NCBI GenBank assembly: GCA_050613775.1
Contig: JBODTK010000014.1
Location: forward strand, 1,426,001 to 1,490,000
DNA from: Neocallimastix sp. 'constans'
Lineage: Eukaryota
Length of the DNA: 64,000 nucleotides
Direction: 5' to 3'
Shown here: in pieces, positions 1 to 13,329 of the stretch
How positions within the stretch are numbered: the stretch's first letter is position 1
How the letters are laid out: each line of letters begins with the position of its first letter
Made by a program: the position numbers and the translations under genes
Notes under the pieces: model-generated
The model's database searches: none
Told to the model about the DNA's origin: nothing
Seen by the model: only the letters and a program-made list of their open reading frames with translations

Positions 1-177
1 AAAAAAAAATAAATAATAATAAATTTTATATTATTATTCTTTAGTTTTTTTGTTTTATTATAATAAATATAATAATACTATTATAAATTTTATATTAATA
101 ATACTAATAAAAATATATATATATATTATATTAATCTATATTAAAAAATTTAATAAAAAAAAATAATAACAAAACAG

Positions 178-1123
178 TGATTTAACTTATAATGAAAATT
201 TATCAGGAAAAACTTTAACTAAAGAACTTGAACATTGCTATTACTATAATAGAGGAGGATATGAAAAAAATGTATGTGTAGCTAAGGAAATGAAATGTTT
301 AAATGAATCAAGAAATGAGAGTGAACCAAAACCAACTTACAAACCATGTGCTAGTACTTCTACAGTTCCAGTTACAACGACTACTACTAAATCATCCACT
401 CCAACTTCTATTTCTACTGATGGTAAATGTGGTAAGGATTATGGAAAGTGTCCATCTGGTGAATGCTGTAGTAAGTATGGTTACTGTGGTACTGGTGAAA
501 AGTACTGTGGCACTGGATGTCAATCTGAATTTGGTCAATGTACCAAGGCAAATACTTCTGACAGTGGTAGATGTGGTAAGGGTTATGGAAAATGTCCATC
601 TGGTGAATGTTGTAGTAAGTATGGCTACTGTGGTACTAGCGATAAGCACTGTGGTACTGGATGTCAATCTGAATTTGGTCAATGTACCAAGGCAAATACT
701 TCTGACAGTGGTAAATGTGGTAAGGGTTATGGAAAATGTCCATCTGGTGAATGTTGTAGTAAGTATGGTTACTGTGGTACCAGTGAAAAGTACTGTGGCA
801 CTGGATGTCAATCTGAATTTGGTCAATGTACCAAGGCAAATACTTCTGACAGTGGTAAATGTGGTAAGGGTTATGGAAAATGTCCATCTGGTGAATGCTG
901 TAGTAAGTATGGTTACTGTGGTACCAGTGAAAAGTACTGTGGCACTGGATGTCAATCTGAATTTGGTCAATGTACCAAGACAAACACTTCTGACAGTGGT
1001 AAATGTGGTAAGGGTTATGGAAAATGTCCATCTGGTGAATGCTGTAGTAAGTATGGTTACTGTGGTACTAGCGATAAGTACTGTGGCACTGGATGTCAAT
1101 CTGAATTTGGTCAATGTAAATGA
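178..1123 (+). CDS. Terminal exon of a protein with a Thr/Ser linker and 5 tandem CBM18 (hevein-like chitin-binding) modules; upstream exons lie outside the window
   Basis: Five 48-aa (144-bp) units GKCGKGYGKCPSGECCSKYGYCGTSEKYCGTGCQSEFGQC. The frame stays open upstream of the listed ATG (DLTYNENLSGKTLTKELEHCYYY...) back to a CAG acceptor at 175-177, preceded by AT-rich intron-like DNA. Confidence 0.88.
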
Positions 1124-1835
1124 GATGAATGGGAATTAACATGAAAAGAAATTAATTTATTTATTTATTTATTTTTTTTTTTTAAATAAAAATAATTAAA
1201 ATATAAAATTATATAGTAAAGAGGATATATATACATTTATAAATATATATTTAAAATTATATAATTTTATTGCTATATATAATATGAAAATATTTTTGAA
1301 TTGTTTTTAGATTATATATGTTATTTTTTTACAATTAAAAAAAAAAAAAAAATTAAATTATTTAAAAATTGAATATTTGAATTATATTATTATGTATCAA
1401 TGGTTCAAAAAAAAAAAAATTTTTTTTTATTATAAATATTTATATTTATATAATAAAAATCTATTATTTAATAAAATAATTAAAAATAAAATTAAAAATA
1501 TATTTTATATATTTTTAATTTTATTTTTAATTTTATTCCAATAAATATTTATATGTTTAAATATTTTTATAGAATATTTTTAAAAATATTTATATATCTT
1601 TATTATTTTTTTTATTTATATTTAAATATCATTTTTTTTTGTGATAATATATATATATATATTTATTTATTTATTTATTTTTTTTTTAAAAAAAAAGGTA
1701 ATAATTTATGTTTAAATTATTAATGGAAAAAAAAAAAAAAAAATAAAAAAAATAAAAATATTTAAATTTATATATATATATATATATAAAAGTTTTAAAA
1801 ATAATTTTGGGTGAATTATTAAGAGAAACAGAATT

Positions 1836-2236
1836 GAGCTATTATTTGATAGGTATTGTAAAATACCAAACTTATCCAAGAGCGTCGACGTCGTACTGAT
1901 AAAGCCTTAATGATAATACAGGATCATCATCTATTTCTACTAAGGGTGAATCTCGCCTTAGTAGTTCAATAAATGATGAATCTGGGGAGAGTTTAGTGGA
2001 CACCACACTATCTATTTTAAAGATGTTACTACTAAGTTTTATTATTTTTTTTTTTATTTGTTAGGAAGGGAATTTTCACGCATAGTACAACTTGCCGAAA
2101 TACATAGTATTTTCGAGCTTTTTATTATTTTATTTTTTAAAATTTTTATTTCTAATTTCAAATGTACTTTTCACTTACATGTATTTTTTAAAATAAAATT
2201 TTAATAAAGTTTTGGAAGTGTGTTCTCTTCCTTGTC

Positions 2237-2274
<38 letters not shown>
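1836..2274 (+). mobile_element. 3' end of non-LTR retrotransposon (family A) with poly(A) tail
   Basis: Shares gagctattatttgatagg...aagggtgaatctcgccttagtagttcaataaat with 28.5-28.8 kb and (reverse) 48.4-49.0 kb. Ends ggaagtgtgttctcttccttgtct followed by a long A tract. Confidence 0.75.
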
Positions 2275-2280
<6 letters not shown>

Positions 2281-2294
2281 TTTTATTTTAATTG

Positions 2295-2910
2295 CTAGTA
2301 TTTGCGCAGCCTTACAGATTAAATCGTTTGCAAAATGGAGTAAATCTTACTGTATTCTAAAGGATCTTATTAAATCTATTATACTGCTGTTAAATAGAGT
2401 TTTAAATATTCATGTATTTTATATAAGAATAAATAAATAAAGATTAAAGTTCGCAATAATTGCGGCTATAAAAAAAAAAAAAAAAAAACTATTTCCAAAA
2501 TGCCTTATTATTCCTGGACTAAAGAATCTAGAACTGTATAAAAAAATCAAAAAATATAAACGTGTGAAATATGACGATATTTTAGAACATTATTGGAAAT
2601 CAGTTTCCAAATTTCAAGGTATTAAAGGTCAAAACTACGATAGTAACAAGTTCTTAAGTAATAAAGCTATAATTATGCTTAGCTTAAAATATCCCCAATT
2701 CAATTTAGGATTTTCGTGGATTATACGTTTACGCTATGGTTATAAATACAATACTACTATTGCTATTAGTATGAGTAGAGCTTCAGAAGAATTGTCCCAA
2801 GACTTGCCCCCTGTTGTGACGAAGATAATCAATCTTTGGAACATTAGATTTTTTAATGCAATGCTCTTTCATCTTTAAGATGGAATTCTTTAAATTTCAT
2901 CGATGATCAA
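2295..2910 (+). mobile_element. Degenerate LINE ORF C-terminal fragment (family A) with Cys/His knuckle
   Basis: Frameshifted reading ...LSLKYPQFNLGFSWIIRLRYGY... then CP(R)TCPCCDEDNQSLEH*IF-C. The segment acttgcccctgttgtg...gatggaattctt also occurs reversed at ~49130-49200, adjoining the family A 3' end. Confidence 0.65.
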
Positions 2911-3399
2911 ATAAAAAGAAAATGGAAAAAAGTTCAATCCTGCTTTTAATCGAGGTTTGTTTTTGAAGTTTTAGGTTTAAAAGATAAAACCTCCAATACT
3001 ATTTTTTTTCTACTTTTTTTTTTTTTTAAATATGTCTATGGGACTATTGATACATTCCTATTTCTAATTTTTTGTAGTAAAGTGATGATTCACTGAGTTA
3101 AAAAAAGTGATAAGAATTTTCTTGTATTATTTCTCATTCAGTTATAACAGCATTTTAATTAAAAAATAAAATGATTAAGAATTTATGAAATATTTATTCG
3201 ATATTTAATTTATAATAATATAAAAATGAAGTTTAATAATTCAAATAATATTCTTAATTTTTTTTAAGAAATATTAGAAATTAAGAAATATATATATACA
3301 TATATATATATATATATTTTATGATTCTTAATAAATTATATTTAAATTATGCGAATTTTATCAAATTATAAAAATATTTTATAATTTTATCAAATTATA

Positions 3400-3507
3400 A
3401 AAAAAATATAAAATAGAATTTATAAAATGATCAAAGAATATAAAATTAATTTTAATATAATTTAAATTACAACTAAAAAAAAAAAAATCGCTTTTATGTT
3501 TATTGTA

Positions 3508-3538
<31 letters not shown>

Positions 3539-3675
3539 TTTTCTAATAGATTTTAAATTATAAATTAAAAATAAATGGAAATAACAAGTTGATAAAAAAA
3601 AAAACTTTTTTAATAATAATTAATTATAATCTACTAATGAAAAATAAAGAATTATTAATGAATTTTATATTATTT

Positions 3676-3711
<36 letters not shown>

Positions 3712-3975
3712 CTAAACCAAAAAAAAGAAAAGATTTTAAAATAATGGTAATGATCAATTATAATTAAATTAATCATAATAATTAAAGTTCATTATTATGA
3801 TAAGAAATATATTAAAAATAATAGATTAATATGGAATTTTTAAAGTATTTTAAATGAAAATATTTTAATTAAATTAATCATAATAATGAATATTATTAAA
3901 CAAAATTTTATGTTTTTCTAAAAATAAAAAAAGAATATTTTGTAATTACATATATATTTTAAATTAATTATTATG
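3400..3975 (+). repeat. Direct repeat, copy 1, upstream of Gly-rich gene
   Basis: Colinear similarity with 6505-7185 (gctaaaccaaaaaa...atggaatttttaaag...gtaattacatatatatt). Confidence 0.8.
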
Positions 3976-4875
3976 ATAAGAAATATATTAAAAAATAATA
4001 GTTTAATTTGGATATTTTATTAAGCATTTTAAAATATTAATATTATTAATTTCAATACTTAAAATATATTTATGATATCTATAAAAAAATTATTTTAATG
4101 AAATAATAGAGATTTAATAATTAACAAAAAATTAAATGAAAATTCAACGAAGAATTCAATACATATTTTAATAAAGATTCAATAAAATTAAATAAAAATT
4201 CAATATACATTCAATAAACATTCAATATAAATTCAATTAAAATTATAAATATTTATAAACATATATAATATATATATGTATATAATATACATATTTTATG
4301 ATAATTTTTTGGCATATAAGTATTAAAAAAAAACATGGGACATAAATTTTTATTAAATTAAATTTAATAAATATTTCGAGCTATATAATAATATGAAATA
4401 ATAATAAAAAAAAAAAAAAAAGCGGCAATTACCAAAAAAATTAAATATCCAATAAAATTAATGAAAAAAATTAAAAATCATTTTTAATTTTTTTCATTAA
4501 ATTATTTTTATTATTTAATAAATTTTCTTGGTTTTTATTTCTTTTTTTCTTTTTATATTGTTATACCTATGATATTAATTATGAAAAAAAATTTTTTTTA
4601 TATAAAGAAAAAAAAGTACTCCAAAAATAAATTATTGTTTGTAATATATAAAAACAAATCAAATTAATAGTTTTTGTAAATAATAAAAATATAACTATCA
4701 AACAAACATAAAATATATATTTATTTAGATATAAATATAAATATAAAATTTATTCATTTATTAAAAAATATTTATTACTGTAATATATATTATAATAAAA
4801 TATAATTTTCAATTCTTAATTTTACTTTATTTTTGTAAATAATAAATAATTTAAAAAAAAAAAAAATAATTCATA

Positions 4876-6042
4876 ATGAAGTACACAACTATTTTTAGTA
4901 TTCTTTCTTTACTTATTGTAGGTATCAATTCTTATCCCCTTGAAGGAAACCAAGATGGTCCAACAAATGCTCAAGAAGGTGAATTACCCGATGCTCCAGC
5001 TGGTGGCAATATAGGAACCGGTGGATTCCCAGGTGGTGGATTTCCAGGTGGTTCTCCAGGTGGTGGTGCTCAAGGTGGTGATATGGGAGCAGGTGGTTTC
5101 CCAGGATTCCAAGGTGGTGCTCAAGGTCGTAATACTGGATCAGGTGGGTTCCCAGGATTCCCAGGAGGTGCTCAAGGTGGTGATATGGGAGCAGGTGGAT
5201 TCCAAGGAGGTGCTCTAAGAGGTGATGCAGGAGCAGGTGGATTCCCAGGATTCCAAGGTGGTGCTCAAGGTGGTGATATGGGAGCAGGTGGTTTCCAAGA
5301 TAATGCTCAAGGTGGTGATATGGGAGCAGGTGGTTTCCAAGATAATGCTCAAGGTGGTGATATGGGAGCAGGTGGTTTCCAAGATAATGCTCAAGGTGGT
5401 GATATGGGAGAAGGTGGTTTCCAGGGTGGTGCTCAAAGTGATGATAAAGGAACAGGTGGTTTACCAGGATTCCAAGGAGGTGCTCAAAGTGATGATAAAG
5501 GAGCAGGTGGTTTACCAGGATTCCAAGGAGGTGCTCAAGGTGGTGATATAGGAGCAGGTGGATTCCCAGGATTCCAAGGTGGTGTTCAAGGTGGTAATAT
5601 GGGAGAAGGTGATTTCCAGGGTGGTGCTCAAAGAGGTGATAAAGGAGCAGGTGGTTTACCAGGATTCCAAGGTGGTGCTCAAAGTGATGATAAAGGAGCA
5701 GGTGGTTTACCAGGATTCCCAGGAGGTGCTCAAGGTGGTGATATGGGAGCAGGTGGTTTCCAAGATAATGCTCAAGGTGGTGATACTAAAGCAGGTGGTT
5801 TCTCAGGATTCCAAGGTGGTGCTCAAGGTCGTAATACTGGATCAGGTGGATTCCCAGGATTCCAAGGTGGTGCTCAAGGTGGTGATATTGGAGAAGGTGG
5901 ATTCCAGGGTGGTGCTCAAAGAGGTGATACTAAAGCAGGTGGATTCCCAGGATTTCAAGGAGGTGCTCAAGGAGGTGATATGCCAGATGATAGTATTCCA
6001 ACTACTCCACCAAGTGATGGTAATACTGAAGATGATGAATAA
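4876..6042 (+). CDS. Secreted glycine-rich repetitive protein, 388 aa
   Basis: ATG-initiated intronless ORF; signal-peptide-like MKYTTIFSILSLLIVGINS; imperfect repeats of GGAQGGDMGAGGF(PGF)Q; acidic C-terminus. Confidence 0.88.
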   Translation: MKYTTIFSILSLLIVGINSYPLEGNQDGPTNAQEGELPDAPAGGNIGTGGFPGGGFPGGSPGGGAQGGDMGAGGFPGFQGGAQGRNTGSGGFPGFPGGAQGGDMGAGGFQGGALRGDAGAGGFPGFQGGAQGGDMGAGGFQDNAQGGDMGAGGFQDNAQGGDMGAGGFQDNAQGGDMGEGGFQGGAQSDDKGTGGLPGFQGGAQSDDKGAGGLPGFQGGAQGGDIGAGGFPGFQGGVQGGNMGEGDFQGGAQRGDKGAGGLPGFQGGAQSDDKGAGGLPGFPGGAQGGDMGAGGFQDNAQGGDTKAGGFSGFQGGAQGRNTGSGGFPGFQGGAQGGDIGEGGFQGGAQRGDTKAGGFPGFQGGAQGGDMPDDSIPTTPPSDGNTEDDE

Positions 6043-6504
6043 AATCATTAATAATTTTTAAAATAATTTTTAAATGATATATCCAGAAAAGAAAGATAAA
6101 CATAAAAAATAAAAAAAAAAACAGCAAAATAAAATAGAAATATAAAAGTAATATTTAATTTAAAATTTATATTAAAACTATTAATAATCATATTATGTAT
6201 ATATAAATTAATTGATTAACATTTTAAAATTACATGTTTTGTTTTAAAAATTTAATAATTATAATTTTGTAAATTATAATTTTCATTTAACATATATTAT
6301 AATATTAATAATTAAATTTTTATAAATTTTTATGTAATTTTTTTATATTTATTTATTTTAATTTTAAATAAAATTTTTAATTAATAAAAAATTATAATTA
6401 AAATAAAAAGATATAATTAAATAATTATTAATAATATTAATTATATTTTGTAAATACGAAAAATAATTTAATAGAAATTTAATGAAATTATTTTTTATAA
6501 ATAA

Positions 6505-7185
6505 AAAATATAAAATAGAACTTATAAAAAGAACAAAGATACAATATAAAATTAATTTTAATAAAATTTATATATATTTTATTTTTATTTTATATATATT
6601 AATAATGGAAAAATTACATAATCTAAATTGTAATTTAAATTATTAAATAATTATAAATATAATATAAAAATACCATATTTTTAATTTGTTAAATATTTTA
6701 GTATTTATTAATATATATATTTAAATAATGTACATATTATTAAAACTATAAGAAAAATAAATGTTTTTTTTATGTTTATTGTATATATACATATTTTATA
6801 TCTAATAGATTTTAAATTAATAATGACAAATACTTTGGAAATAATTTGTTGAAAAAAACTATTTTAAATAATATAAAATAGAAAATTAATAATGAATTAA
6901 GTATTATTTTTTTTTAAAGCTAAACCAAAAAAAAAAAAAAAAAAATATTTTAAAATAATGATATTAATTGATTATAATTAAATTAATCATAATAATTAAA
7001 TTTATTATTATAAGAAATATATTAAAAAATAATTGATTAATATGGAATTTTTAAAGCATTTTAAATGAAAATAGTTTAATTAAATTAACCATAATAATGA
7101 ATATTATTAAATAAAATTTTATGTTTTTCTAAAAATAAAAAAAAGAATATTTCGTAATTACATATATATTTCAATTTAATTATTA
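6505..7185 (+). repeat. Direct repeat, copy 2, downstream of Gly-rich gene
   Basis: Colinear similarity with 3400-3975. Confidence 0.8.
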
Positions 7186-7549
7186 TAAAAAAATATTTCT
7201 ACACTTTCACATTATTCATGGAAAAAAAAAAAAAAAAAAAAAAAAAACTCATAGATTAATAATACATAAATACAATAATAAACTTCCTGAAGAAATGAGA
7301 AATACGGAAGTTTTTATAAGTCCATTACCATTGTAATTTTAATTTTTATTTCATGTCATTTTATATCATTATTTTTCCACCTTTATTTATTTTATATTAT
7401 TTTCTTTCTTTATTTTATTTTTTATTCATTTATTATCTATCTATTTATTTATTTATTATTTATTATTTATTTATTTATTATTTATTTATTTTTTATTTTT
7501 TATTTTTTATTTTTTATTTTTTATTTTTATTTTTATTTTTTTTTTCGCA

Positions 7550-8125
7550 TTAGATAGATATTTATACTTTTTTTTTATTTGAGTTATATCCAAAATTTCT
7601 GGTCATTGAAACTTTTAAATTTGAATAAATGATTGAATAGAAAGTTTATTTTATTTTTTATTTATTATTATTTATTTATTTATTTATTTTTTAATTTTTA
7701 ATTTTTAATTTTTAATTATATTTTTTTCTCGTTTTAGATAGATATTTATACTTTTTTTTTGTTTGAGTTATATCCAAAATTTCTGGTCATTGAAACTTTT
7801 AAATTTGAATAAATGATTGAATATAATAAAAAAGCTTTTATAATTTTTTTAATTTATTTTATATTCTTTATTTTTAGAAAATTTTTTTATAATATAAAAA
7901 TGTAATGATATAAAAAATTTTTTTATTTTTTAAAATTAGAGAAATTTTTATAATTCTATATCAATAATAAAATCATAATTATTATAATTATTTGGTATAG
8001 AATTATGAAAATTTCACTAATTTTATATTCTCTCTTTAAAATAAGAATTAAAGACAACTAAGAATAGACTATACATAAATTTATTATTTAATTTTGGATT
8101 AAATAATAAATATAATAAATTTAAT
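7550..8125. repeat. Dispersed repeat block with tandemly doubled tttgagttatatccaaaatttctggtcattgaaac motif and internal palindrome
   Basis: Motif near 7580, 7762, 10380 and 34828. The part 7830-8110 matches 34890-35165 (direct) and 10500-10712 (inverted). Confidence 0.8.
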
Positions 8126-8418
8126 ACTTATATTCTTTTTATTTTATATATATCTTTATATAGTTATTAAATATTTTCTTATAAATAATAACTATTAATA
8201 ATTATTATTTATTAATAATTATAAAAGTTAAACCTAAAAATTCATTAAATAGTTTATTATAATCATAAGAACAACTAATTAAATAGTTAATTATAACTAA
8301 ATAACATAAAAATTAAACATTTCTCTGAATTAAGAGAAGTGTGTGAGCAAGTTCCATAATTTTAATGTATAAACAATAATAATTATTTATATTTGAATAT
8401 ATAATCATAATAATAAAA

Positions 8419-8459
<41 letters not shown>

Positions 8460-8899
8460 ATTTTATTATTTAATATTTTTTTTACCAATTACTATTTTTG
8501 ATATTATAATTAAAATTCTTCATAAATTATTAATTTTATTATGATGATAATCTCATTATTTAGATTATCATCATTTGATCTATTTACTACTTTATTAGTT
8601 ATCATACAATTATTTTCACTATCACTAATATTTATATTCTTATTTTCACTATTAATAACACTATTGCTATTGTAATAAGAATTCCTTTAAAAAGATTAGG
8701 TTTTAAATTGATAATCTTAAAATTAAGCTCATTATAATGTTTCTAAACTACTAGTTGATACAGATTAGAACGAAATTTCAAAGCATTATAAAAATTTTTA
8801 TTAAATATAATTAATGTTAATTTCAAATTCAATAATATTTTTATTTTTTTTATTCGTTTATTTTTTTATTTTTGTTTTATCATTATTATTAATTTTTAA

Positions 8900-9311
8900 T
8901 ACGTCCAATTAAAATCTATTGGCTGATCAGATATATTTTTGAACTTTAAAATTATTTAAATTTAAGTCCAAGTTATGATTATAATATATAAATATATATT
9001 AAAGTATATATAGAATTGAATGAAATAATATATAATAATATATTAAAATATATTAAAATATATAAAATATATAAAATAATATATTATTTAATATAAATAA
9101 ACTAATAATCTTTATTATAATATTTAATAATTCAAAGCCTTTTTTTTTTTTTTTATTTAATGTTATTTCTTTTTTTTGGAGTGTTAATGAGTTTGTTAAA
9201 AATTATTATTATATATTTTATATATGATAGAATAATTCAATTATATCTATTTTTTATATTTTAATATATATTATTTTATTATAGCCTTAGTTCTTTTTTT
9301 TTATTGCTTTT

Positions 9312-9343
<32 letters not shown>

Positions 9344-9605
9344 AAATTGATTTTATGAAGTCTTTTTTATTATTATTATTACTATTACTACTATTATTAT
9401 TATTATTATGTATTATTAATATTGATTTTATTAAATCATTTTTATTATATTTATAATTCTTTATTTATTATTCTTTATTTATTATTCTTTATTATTTTTT
9501 TTATAATATTTATTATTTTTATTATTATGCATTATTATTGATATTGGTTTTATTAAGTCCTTTTTATTATACTTTATAATTATTTATTATTCTTTATTAT
9601 TATTC

Positions 9606-9644
<39 letters not shown>

Positions 9645-9948
9645 TATGTATTATTATTAATATTGATTTTATTAAATCCTTTTTATTATTATAATTAATA
9701 TTATTATTGATTTTGTGAACTTTTTTCGATATGTTTGTCGATTATTTTTCATCCACTTTAATTTTTTAACCATTTTATTTGAATTATTTTTTATAAAGCT
9801 AGTTTGTTCTTTAAATAAAAGTTAAAACTTTTTTTTTTTATAATTTTAAAGATGACTTTTTGGCCATTTGAAAAAATAGTAAATCAAAAAAATTGTATTA
9901 TATATTAGATTATTGAATAATAATGAAATGAAAAAGAAAAAACTAAAC

Positions 9949-9979
<31 letters not shown>

Positions 9980-10450
9980 AATAAAATAATATCATTTCTT
10001 TTATATTATAAATTATAAGCTTAATATTTTTATTTTTCTTAATATCTTATAATTGTTATTTTTTATTTATTATTGAATATATTAAATATATATATTTTTA
10101 TTATGATGTTAATTTTTATTATTTGATTTACTTACTATATGTTTTACTATATGTTTATTTTTATATTTAAATTCATTTATTATTTTATTATATAAAATAA
10201 AAAATAATTTTATTACCATTGTAATTCTATTTTTTACTTTATTTTATTTTATGTCATTTTATGCCATTATTTACCACTTTTATTTTTATATATTATTTAC
10301 TTTCTTTATTTTATTTTTTTATTTTTTTATTCTTTTTATTTTTTATTTCTCTTTAGATAGATATTTATATTTTTTTTGTTTGAGTTATATTCAAAATTTC
10401 TGGTCATTGAAACTTTTAAATTTGAATAAATGATTGAATATAATAAAAAA
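8900..10450. repeat. ~1.5-kb dispersed duplication, copy 1
   Basis: Colinear with 33385-34890 (ccaattaaaatctattgg.tgatcaga; gtccaag.tatgattat; ttttgtgaactttttt; aaagatgactt; ggtcattgaaacttttaaa). Confidence 0.8.
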
Positions 10451-11499
10451 CTTAATAAAAAATTTTATATAAAATTAAAATAAAGATTTATTAAAACTAG
10501 TATTAAATTTATTATATTTATTATTTAATCTAAAATTAAATAATAAATTTATGTATAGTCTATTCTTATTCCTAGTTGTCTCTAATTCTTATTTTAAAGA
10601 GAGAATATAAAATAAAAAATTTTTTATATCATTAACATTTTATATTATAAAAATTTTTAATAAAAATAAAAAAGTAGTATAAAATAATTTAAAAAAATTA
10701 TTAACAGCTTTTTAATAAAAGAATTATTTTCTTTCATTTATTAAATGATAAGAAATTGAATCTAAATTACAATAAATATTAATACAAAAAATAATTACTA
10801 ACATAAATTAAAGTAATAAATCAAATTTAAATTTAAATGATTTTATAATATTTTTAATATGTGGCCTGAATTTTATAAATTAATTATATTTATAATTAAT
10901 AATAAATTTTATGACATAAATAGATGTTTTTATTTATATTCTTTTTATTTTATATTTTTTTTATATAGTTATTAAATATATTTATATAGTTAAATATTAA
11001 AAATAATTATTTTATTACTAAAATATTGTTATAATAATATTATGTTTAATGAAGAAACTGAAGGCCCTTTTTTCTTTTATTAATTCTAGTTTAAAATAAA
11101 TAAATATAAAAAAAAAATTAATTAATTAATTAATTAATAATCCTTTTTGCATTAGAATTATAAATTAATATTTAAAGAATTAAATATTATATTAAAAAAA
11201 AAAGAAAAGTTTTTTTTTTTTTATTATTAATATAAAAACTATATAAAATCTATATATTTTTTTTTTTTTTACAAAATATTAAAATATATCTTTATAATTA
11301 AATATATTTTTATAATTTAAGTATTATAAATAATTATTTAATTACTAAAATATTGTTATTATAATATTATTTTTTACAAAATATTAAAAAATATCTATAA
11401 TTAATTATTAAATATAATAAAAACAAGTTTAAAAAAATTATTATGAATTTTTATTTATTTATTCATTCATTTATTTATATTAAAACAGGTATGATTATA

Positions 11500-11790
11500 T
11501 ATAAATGATAGTGTTTTTAGTGATTGCAAACCTAGCTAGTTTTAGGATTCAGAGCATGTTTTTGACCAGTTGAACGATCAAAAACATATGTTGATCAACT
11601 AGCTATATATATATATGACACTTGGCGAAATGCAACTCTCCAATGAGGTTCGTTGCAGAGGAACTTTTTTCTGAATTTAATTATTCTCATTTTTTTCGAA
11701 TATTACTTTTTTTTTCACATCACCCTTTTAAATATTATCATGTTCTCATTGCACAAATAATTTTTATTAATTTTTTTTTTTGTTTTTTTT
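11500..11790 (+). mobile_element. Probable 3' UTR remnant of non-LTR element (family B)
   Basis: gaggttcgttgca and the following ~100 bp resemble the reverse complement of 22780-22895. Confidence 0.45.
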
Positions 11791-12348
11791 TTTTAAATTT
11801 AAAATATAAATTTTTACTTCAAATTAAAATTGAATAAACAACTTTAAAAAAATGATTAAAACTGGTATAATATTACATCTTTTAATTATATAAACTTTTA
11901 ATTTTTTTTATTTTTATTTTTTTTCAAAATATATTTATATATATATATATATATATTTTATTATTAATTCTATTAATTCGATTTTTATAATATCATCAAA
12001 ATTAATTTATATAAATATATATATATTTAAAAAAAAAAAAAACTTTAATACTTTGTAATTAATTTTATAATTATTAACTCGTAATCATTATATATTTTTT
12101 TGTTTATTATCATTTAAAATATATTACACATTAATTTGTATATTTTATTTAATATAAAATAATATTTAGCTAATTCTATTTCATTTTCTTTTTATCACTA
12201 GCTTTAATTCTAATGTATTTATTTAAATTTATTAATTTAAGATTAAGAACCGATTTATTCTTTATATCTTATTCTTATTAATGAATTTATAAAGTAATGA
12301 AAATTTTGATTTTGAGAAAAGTTTTTATTATTATTATTATTATTATTA

Positions 12349-12417
<69 letters not shown>

Positions 12418-13074
12418 TAATTATAATTTATTTATTTATTATTTTTTTTGTTCCATTTAATTAAATATTTAATACATCAATAAATAATAATATTAGTAAT
12501 AAATTATTAATAAATTATAAATGCTTTATATTAAAATTAATTGGTTTTTATAAATATATAAACTTATATATTTAAACTATATATATAAACTAATATTAAT
12601 TTTGAAAGGTAATAATTTAGATTTTTTAATTATGTCATTTTATTAATATATTTTATGATAAATTACTATAAAGTATTTAATTTTTAGGACAAATTATATA
12701 TATATTTTTTATCTTTACAATGTGACTTTAAAATTAATTTATATATAACACCTTTTGTATAGATTATATATGTATAATCTATATTATATTAAGTATTAAA
12801 TTTTATTATAATAATATATATATATAGAATAAATAATAAAATTAGTTTAGGTAGACATCATCAAATTAATTTAAGAAACAATAATAATCATATAATAATA
12901 TTATTAAACTTTTTTTTAAAGTTATCTTTGTATACTATTATAAAAAAAAAAGAAAAAATAAAATAAAAAACTGTTGATTGTATGTGACGTGTTACAGATA
13001 AATTTTATGAAATTAAATTAAATCTTTTAATATATTAAGCCTTTTTTTTTTTTTTTTTTTTTGACTTTCTCTTC

Positions 13075-13329
13075 TTATTTATAGTGACCTTCACAGGATT
13101 TAAGAATAACTTTTTCTCCGTCGACTTCATAAACCAGTCTATCTTTTTTGTTAATTCTTCTGGAATACCATCCTTCTTTGTCTCCTGTTAATCGTTCAAC
13201 TCTGCCTATTCCTCTGAAAGGATCCTTTTTAATTTCTTCAATTAATTGATGGATTTTTTTAAATGTATTTAAATCCTTTTTTTCTAAGTTATTTAAATCT
13301 TTTTCACATTCATTCATGGAAACTTCCCA
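13075..13329 (-). other. YoeB/Txe (RelE superfamily) toxin domain
   Basis: Aligns by eye to E. coli YoeB (KKINELIKD..RTPFEGKGKPEPL..WSRRITEEHRLVY..CRYHY). Equivalents of Glu46, Arg65, His83 and Tyr84 are present. Confidence 0.92.

Noticed and set aside
303..1139. Alternative-frame and antisense ORFs over the CBM18, Gly-rich, xylanase-linker and ankyrin regions
   Set aside because: Shadow ORFs produced by repetitive, codon-biased real genes.
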